Assembly: GCA_964510585.1 (NCBI GenBank)
Contig: CAZECW010000148.1
Coordinates: 1-12,132 of the forward strand
Reading direction: 5' to 3'
Length of the DNA: 12,132 nt
Source of the DNA: an uncultured archaeon
Lineage (GTDB): Archaea > Asgardarchaeota > Jordiarchaeia > Jordiarchaeales > Jordiarchaeaceae
In this document: piece by piece, positions 6,476-12,132 of the stretch
How the letters are laid out: each line of letters starts with the position of its first letter
Numbering within the stretch: the stretch's first letter is position 1
Made by a program: the position numbers and the translations under genes
Notes under the pieces: generated by a model
The model's database searches: none
Told to the model about the DNA's origin: nothing
The model's input: only the letters and a program-made list of their open reading frames with translations

Positions 6476-9163
6476 ATGCCTATTGAGGAAATAATGAAAA
6501 TTCTGGAAACCAGCCCCAAAGGCCTTACCAAGGAGGAGGCCTTCAGAAGACTGGAATTGTATGGCCCCAACAAGGTTCAAGAAGTGAGAAGACTTTCTCC
6601 CCTGAAACTTTTTTTGGAACAGTTTCGTAACGCCCTGAACTACATCCTCATTTTGGCCGTTACAATCTCAATAATCCTTGGAAATACCTTGGACGCTATG
6701 ATAATCATTGTGATACTTTTATTCAACGCCACTTTAGGGTTTGTTCAGGAGTACCGCTCAGAAAAAGCCCTGGAAGCCCTTAAAGAGTTATCGGCACCCA
6801 AAACCATAGTTGTACGAGAAGGAAAAGAGAGAGAAATCAAAACCGAAGAACTGGTTCCCGGAGACCTAGTAATCCTCAATACTGGAGATAAAGTTCCCGC
6901 AGACATACGCCTCATCACCTCTGTGAGGCTGAGGGCCCTAGAATCCATACTCACCGGCGAATCTGGCTCTGAAGAAAAAGTTACCGGAGAGCTACCAGAA
7001 GATACACCCCTAGTAGACCGCTTAAACATGGTCTACTCCGGAACAGTCATCACAGGAGGTAGAGGCTCAGGGATAGTTGTAGCCACCGGCATGAACACCG
7101 AGGTTGGAAAGATCGCGAAAGAAATTTCAGTAGCTGGTGAAGAAAAAACACCTCTCCAGAAGAAAATATCACGCCTAGCAGTTTATCTGGCAGTAATCGC
7201 CTTCATATTTGCAGGCATCCAAGCGATTCTAGCATTTGTGAGGGGTATACCTACATCGGATATACTTTTATTGGCTCTCGCCTCAGTGATTCACTTCATT
7301 CCAGAAGGCCTCATAGCTGTGGTAACCATAGTTCTAGTCATTGGCGTCAGAATAATGGCCAGGAGGAACGCCATAATTAGAAACTTGCAGGCGGTGGAAA
7401 CTCTTGGCTCCGCCACTGTGATATGCACAGATAAAACGGGTACACTCACCAAAAACCAGATGACAGTACGAGTAATATATTTGAATGGTGAAGTCATAGA
7501 GGTAACCGGTGAGGGCTACACGCCGGTAGGTGAATTCCGAAAAAATGGAGCGGTAATAAATCCAAAGGAGAACCCCAACCTCCTACTGTTCCTCAGAGCC
7601 ATGGCTCTGTGTAATGATGCCCGTCTTGTCTCAGAGAACGGCAGATACTCTATAGTTGGGGATCCCACTGAGGGGGCGCTGGTGGTTGCGGCAGCCAAGG
7701 GAGGAGTTAACAAGGAGGAGGAAGAAAAAGAAAACCCTAGAATAGATGAGATTCCCTTTGAGTCTGAACTGGCCTGTATGGCTACGGTTCACGAATTTAC
7801 AGAGGAGGAAAAATATGTTTATGCTAAGGGCTCCCCTGAACGCATGATTAGCCTCTGCAACGAGATATACATAAGAGATCAGATTATTCCAATTACCGAT
7901 GAGCTTCGGAAACAGGTGTTGGAGGTAAGCCACGAGTTCGCATCTAAAGGTTACAGGGTCCTAGGACTTTCCTATAGGGTTGTTGGCAGTTCAAAGTACC
8001 GTTTGGCTAGAGAGGACTGCGGGAAAGACCTGGTTTTTCTGGGATTGGTGGGAATGGTGGATCCCCCCAGAAGAGAGGTCATAGAAGCGGTTGAAAAGTG
8101 TAAAACTGCTGGCATAAAGGTTGTCATGATTACTGGAGACCACCGGGAAACAGCTCGAGCCATAGCCCAAGAAGTGGGAATAATGACCAAAAAAGACCTG
8201 ATACTGGAGGGCAGAGAACTAGACAATATTCCAGAGGAGGAGTTTGAAAAAATTGTGGATTCAGTTAAAGTATATGCCCGAAATGAACCCCGCCACAAGC
8301 TCAGAATAGTGAAAGCCCTAAGGAAAAAGGGGCACATTGTGGCCATGACTGGTGACGGCGTAAATGATGCTCCCGCGTTAAAGGAGGCGGACATAGGTAT
8401 CGCTATGGGAATTACGGGAACACAGCTTGCCAAGGAAACATCCAACATGGTTCTGGCTGATGATAACTTTGCATCCATAGTGGCAGCAATAGAGGAGGGA
8501 CGAACCTCATTTAACAATTTGAGAAGAGTGGTACTTTACCTGATAACAACCAGCATCGCTGGAGGCTTCATCCTACTCTCCTCTCTGCTCCTAGGATTGC
8601 CCCTACCCTTCCTTCCTTTGCAGATACTTTGGATTAACTTGGTTACAGATGGTATCTGCGACAAAACCCTGGCAATTGAACCCCGGTATAGAGACGTCCT
8701 CAAAGATCCCCCCAGACCCCCAAAAGAGAGTATTGTTAACAGAGGAGTAATCTACCAGATAGCATTCCTATCAGCAATTATGATTATTGGAACAATGTGC
8801 GTCTACTACTTTTCCCTCCAATCCCTAGGATTGTCATACATCTGGAGGGGGTACGAGGAGCCTCGAACAATGGCTTTCGCAACCATTATCTTCTTCCAGC
8901 TTTTCAATGCTTTGAACATAAGGTCTCGGGAGAACTCCATTTTCAAAATAGGACTCCTCAAAAACAAATATTTCGCAGTAGGGTTTATTTTCTCAATGAT
9001 TTTGAACTTCTCCATAGTTTATGTACCGTTCTTCCACCAGCTGTTTGAAATCACACCACTGAACATTTACGATTGGCTCATAGTGTTCTTGGTAAGCAGC
9101 ACCATCCTCCTGATAGAAGAAATAAGAAAGGCTGTAGCACCAAAACTATTCACAAAGAGATAA
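6476..9163 (+). CDS. P-type cation-transporting ATPase, type IIA-like (Ca2+-ATPase family); true start probably ATA at 6449
   Basis: TGES (A domain), PEGL (M4), DKTGT phosphorylation motif, KGSPE, DPPR, MITGD, TGDGVNDAPALK, QILWINLVTDG (M6), and hydrophobic segments consistent with a 10-TM architecture. Confidence 0.95.
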   Translation: MPIEEIMKILETSPKGLTKEEAFRRLELYGPNKVQEVRRLSPLKLFLEQFRNALNYILILAVTISIILGNTLDAMIIIVILLFNATLGFVQEYRSEKALEALKELSAPKTIVVREGKEREIKTEELVPGDLVILNTGDKVPADIRLITSVRLRALESILTGESGSEEKVTGELPEDTPLVDRLNMVYSGTVITGGRGSGIVVATGMNTEVGKIAKEISVAGEEKTPLQKKISRLAVYLAVIAFIFAGIQAILAFVRGIPTSDILLLALASVIHFIPEGLIAVVTIVLVIGVRIMARRNAIIRNLQAVETLGSATVICTDKTGTLTKNQMTVRVIYLNGEVIEVTGEGYTPVGEFRKNGAVINPKENPNLLLFLRAMALCNDARLVSENGRYSIVGDPTEGALVVAAAKGGVNKEEEEKENPRIDEIPFESELACMATVHEFTEEEKYVYAKGSPERMISLCNEIYIRDQIIPITDELRKQVLEVSHEFASKGYRVLGLSYRVVGSSKYRLAREDCGKDLVFLGLVGMVDPPRREVIEAVEKCKTAGIKVVMITGDHRETARAIAQEVGIMTKKDLILEGRELDNIPEEEFEKIVDSVKVYARNEPRHKLRIVKALRKKGHIVAMTGDGVNDAPALKEADIGIAMGITGTQLAKETSNMVLADDNFASIVAAIEEGRTSFNNLRRVVLYLITTSIAGGFILLSSLLLGLPLPFLPLQILWINLVTDGICDKTLAIEPRYRDVLKDPPRPPKESIVNRGVIYQIAFLSAIMIIGTMCVYYFSLQSLGLSYIWRGYEEPRTMAFATIIFFQLFNALNIRSRENSIFKIGLLKNKYFAVGFIFSMILNFSIVYVPFFHQLFEITPLNIYDWLIVFLVSSTILLIEEIRKAVAPKLFTKR

Positions 9164-9187
9164 AAAATATTTTTGAGAAAAAAAGAT
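9161..9187. terminator. Possible bidirectional oligo-T terminator between the convergent ATPase and thiolase genes
   Basis: 12-bp palindrome AAAAATATTTTT (9163-9174) plus an A7 run (T7 on the minus strand) in a 50-bp convergent gap. Confidence 0.45.
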
Positions 9188-9213
9188 GTTCCCTACCTTC
9201 GCTACGAAGAGAT

Positions 9214-10371
9214 TTATCTCTGGAAAATGTGCACAACAATATTATTCCCAAAACCGCCGAAATTGACTGATAATCCTGTTTCGCATTTGGGCACTTGGCG
9301 TTTTCCAGCCTCCCCTCTTAGTTGCCAAGTGATTTCAACCGCCTGAGCCACACCGGTGGCCCCAAGAGGATGACCTCTGGCCTTAAGTCCTCCGCTGGGA
9401 TTTATGGGTAGTTCTCCATCAAGCCAAGTTTTTCCCTCCTCAACGGCTTTGGCTCCCTCTCCCTTCTTAAAGAAACCCACATCCTCTGATTGCACAATCT
9501 CCAGTATGGTGAAGGCGTCATGTAGCTCTGCAAAATCTATGTCCTGCGGTTTGAGCTTAGCCATAGAATATGCCTTTTGAGCAGCCTCCCTCAAAGCTTC
9601 CAAAACAGTTGGGTCCTCACGCTCAGCAACCATCTGAATATCTGTAGCTTGCCCAAACCCCTTAATCAGCACTGGGGTATCACTGTACTCTCTAGCTTTA
9701 TCCGCTGCGCAAAGCACTAAGGAAGCAGCCCCGTCACTCACGGGGCAAACATCGAACAGGCGTAGTGGATCTGCAATAATTGGTGAGGTCAACGCCTTTT
9801 CCAGGGTTATTTCTTTCTGGAAGTGAGCGTAAGGGTTGTGGGCCCCATTTTTGTGGTTTTTAACCGCCACCAATGAGAGCAGCTCTCTCTTAACATTATA
9901 CTTCTTCAAATATAACTGGGCAAGAAGCCCCCCAAGGGAGGGTAAAGTAACACCATACTTGTACTCCGCAGTTGGGTGTGTTAAAGTCGCCACCGAAGAA
10001 CTAACCTTGGGATTGGGTATGGAAGTCATTTTTTCCACACCAACAACCAAAACAAGGTTGGAAACACCAGATGCGATGGCTTGGAAACCTTCCTTTGTGG
10101 CTGAGCCGCCACTCGCCGGACCATTTTCTATTTTGTCTGCGGCTGCAGGTAGCAGATTGAGTCTATCGGCAAGCACACTTGCAATACCAGTCATCCTATT
10201 GAATTCTCCAGAAAACATGTTACCCACATAAACCGCGTCAAAATCACTCTCAGAAGCATTGGCGTCAGAAATCGCCCTGAAACTAGCCTCCACCATAAGA
10301 TCAGTAAGGGACTTGTCTTCAAGCTGCCCAAACCGCGTCATGCCGCAACCAATAATGGCAACACCACGCAT
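9214..10371 (-). CDS. SCP2-type thiolase-fold protein lacking the canonical catalytic cysteines
   Basis: VAIIGCGMTRFG, VGVEKM, PVSDGAASLVL, ELHDAF, NPSGGLKARGHPLGATG. The CxS position reads ENGPAS. ATG10371 lies 8 nt after GGGGG(10380-10384); TTG10386 and ATG10377 are alternative starts. Confidence 0.9.
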   Translation of the reverse strand: MRGVAIIGCGMTRFGQLEDKSLTDLMVEASFRAISDANASESDFDAVYVGNMFSGEFNRMTGIASVLADRLNLLPAAADKIENGPASGGSATKEGFQAIASGVSNLVLVVGVEKMTSIPNPKVSSSVATLTHPTAEYKYGVTLPSLGGLLAQLYLKKYNVKRELLSLVAVKNHKNGAHNPYAHFQKEITLEKALTSPIIADPLRLFDVCPVSDGAASLVLCAADKAREYSDTPVLIKGFGQATDIQMVAEREDPTVLEALREAAQKAYSMAKLKPQDIDFAELHDAFTILEIVQSEDVGFFKKGEGAKAVEEGKTWLDGELPINPSGGLKARGHPLGATGVAQAVEITWQLRGEAGKRQVPKCETGLSVNFGGFGNNIVVHIFQR

Positions 10372-10444
10372 AAACATAACCCCCAAAAATTAAATAACCA
10401 CCATACAAAAATGATTATGCTTTTTGAATTCTTAGTTCACTTAC

Positions 10445-10458
10445 TATAAAAGTCTTCT
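10445..10458 (-). promoter_or_regulatory. Candidate BRE/TATA for the thiolase gene
   Basis: The minus strand reads AGAAGACTTTTATA about 75 bp upstream of the start. Confidence 0.45.
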
Positions 10459-10604
10459 CATAAACAAGGTTGCGACCAAAAATTGGAGCATTTTTTTAAG
10501 GCATCATGTATTTAGCCGCTGGAAATATAGATTTATTCGGTTCCCCCTTCTCTTTGAAAAGATAGCTTCTGGTGGTGCCTTTTAAATTAGCGTATGTTTT
10601 AAGG

Positions 10605-11108
10605 CTACCAAATCTTTTTTTCATATTTCAGAGTGCGTTTAATTCTAGATTTTTTTTGCATTTTTGCTAGTTCTTTCTCAAAGTCTTCAATTGATAGGAG
10701 GCTATCCACGCTGTCCTTTAGAGCTTGGGGAATTGGCTGCCTGTAGACGTAGTATTTTCTGACGTCCTGTACGATTCTTTTTGAGCGTTCTGAGAGAATT
10801 GGAGCGTAACGGTAAAGTGCATCATTCTCTTCCTTATCCACAACGAAACTAAGTGTACCGATGCGCTCTTTTCCCCTAGCTTTCTCATCGGGAATGGAGA
10901 AATAATACACAAAAGCGCTCTTCTGTTCCTCTTGAATGGGAATTATGGATTCCCCCTCATCCACATGGTGACTTAAAGCAACCGCCCCAATCATTGTCTT
11001 CAAAGCAATTTTATCAGCAGTCTCCTTTTCGATTCCCTTAAAATAAACACTGGTGGGACCAACATCCTCGTCCACAATGGCCAGACAGATTCCCCTTTTT
11101 TCAAACAA
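10605..11108 (-). CDS. Small uDENN/longin-domain protein (folliculin/SMCR8 N-terminal-like), putative Asgard eukaryotic signature protein
   Basis: N-terminal beta-strand followed by VDEDVGP (the FxxxxGP motif of uDENN domains), and YYFSIPDEKARGKERIGTLSFVV, matching the DxxARGxxR motif of the FLCN/SMCR8 longin domain. Basic C-terminal tail. Recognised by motif recall, not by search. Confidence 0.7.
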   Translation of the reverse strand: MFEKRGICLAIVDEDVGPTSVYFKGIEKETADKIALKTMIGAVALSHHVDEGESIIPIQEEQKSAFVYYFSIPDEKARGKERIGTLSFVVDKEENDALYRYAPILSERSKRIVQDVRKYYVYRQPIPQALKDSVDSLLSIEDFEKELAKMQKKSRIKRTLKYEKKIW

Positions 11109-11239
11109 GGCACCACTTCCGCTTTTCCCTCAAACACAAGCCCAAAGGGAATCAAATATTTTAGAACTTATACAACCAGTAACCTTAATACTTTTGTATA
11201 AACGTAAATATAAACTTGTTGAAAAAACTTACTTTTGAG

Positions 11240-11995
11240 AGCATATACTATAACAAGTCTATTCATAGTGTTAGGATAAACTATAAACACATTTAAAAGG
11301 GTTAACATCCCCTCTGCTTAATCTACGCACTACACATAAGATTAATCATTGTTCTCTAATCTTGAAATATGCGTATTTTCCTTTTGCTACAGTAAAAATA
11401 TCAATTTATGATATGAGTTGAGAGAGAACAAAAATTACTTATTAATAATTGTTGGTAATCCATTAGCTCTGCTTAATTGTTCATCTAAAAAGTTATTAAT
11501 AGTCATAATTGATGCTTCTCACAACTTATTTAGGATTTTTCTCTAAAAAGATTTAAGTTTTTGAATCAAAACGGGCGTAAAACCTTTCTTTTTTGGCTCA
11601 TTTTTGTTTAAGGAGCTTTTTCTTTGCATAAATTGTTCAAAAACTTATCAAAAATATATTTATTTAAGTAGTTACTCAGTTGAGGGTTGCTTTATGCGCG
11701 GATTGCACCTGTGGCAATGTGAACTCTAAGTTTTTACCCTGAATTGGTAAAAACAGGACATTTTGTTCCCATTTCCCAAAAAATGAGAAAAAAAGATTAA
11801 AATTAGAAAAAATAAGGCAAAAAAGTCAATCTACCACAACCTCCACACAAAAAACTACCCAACCGTATAAGTTCTATTATTATCTGGATTTTCGATTACA
11901 GCAGCGAATTAGGTTAAAAACACCAAACAATTTAATTGGATTCTACATCGTCTATTATTGAATTTTATAGTGAAAATACATAATTACGAAAAATT
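11240..11995. other. Long AT-rich gene-free intergenic region
   Basis: No ORF of 60 aa or more in the six-frame track. Many A/T runs; contains short palindromes and repeats. Confidence 0.75.
11730..11754. other. Perfect 9-bp hairpin (possible terminator or protein-binding site)
   Basis: GTTTTTACC-ctgaatt-GGTAAAAAC. Confidence 0.5.
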
Positions 11996-12132
11996 GGGCG
12001 TAAAAAGTTTTTAGTGCAGTTTTGAACCGAAAGATTGGAGTAGTGCTTCAGCACAAAGTAGTAACAGTGATCAAAATGACAGAAGCACCACTCCAATTGG
12101 TCATTCTCACTCTACCCATTTATGCTTTACTA
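11996..12132 (-). repeat. Copy 2 (inverted) of the hairpin-containing repeat; runs to the window edge
   Basis: The reverse complement aligns to 12-146 at ~80%. Internal stem 12097-12082/12049-12034. Confidence 0.93.

Noticed and set aside
9073-9270. 65-aa + strand ORF
   Set aside because: It overlaps both the ATPase end and the thiolase end and spans the terminator region.
184-10231. Numerous antisense or alternative-frame ORFs (for example 451-903, 2700-3257, 4608-5009, 5757-6080, 7972-8517, 9836-10231)
   Set aside because: They are shadows of well-supported genes, with no recognisable motifs or RBS.
10476-10545. Short fragments resembling the repeat (ACCAAAAATTGGAG and TTCGGTTC) upstream of the thiolase
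   Set aside because: Too short, in conflicting orientations and without the hairpin; compatible with chance.
11053-11238. 61-aa + strand ORF
   Set aside because: It overlaps the longin gene start in antisense and covers its likely promoter; no motifs or SD.
6259-11946. Shared 11-mer TTGGATTCTAC at 6259-6269 and 11936-11946
   Set aside because: Many 11-mer matches are expected by chance in 12 kb, and the flanks do not extend the match.

Overview
This is an archaeal window, probably from an Asgard archaeon. That is inferred from a folliculin/SMCR8-like uDENN-longin gene; the GGAGG/GGTGA ribosome-binding sites, BRE/TATA-like promoters and TTG starts support an archaeal origin generally. It holds eight protein genes. 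A + strand operon covers 2-oxoacid/amino-acid fermentation (D-2-hydroxyacid dehydrogenase, iorA, iorB, ADP-forming acyl-CoA synthetase alpha subunit). The others are an MFE-2/PRK07791-like short-chain dehydrogenase, a divergent P2A-type cation ATPase that probably starts at ATA, an SCP2-type thiolase-fold protein lacking both catalytic cysteines, and a small uDENN/longin-like protein, followed by about 750 bp of AT-rich gene-free DNA. The most unusual feature is non-coding: both ends of the window (12-146 and 11996-12132) are roughly 80% identical inverted copies of a >=135-bp element. Each copy contains a 16-17 bp hairpin and ends in a BRE/TATA-like motif pointing inward. No transposase, integrase or recombinase is encoded between them.
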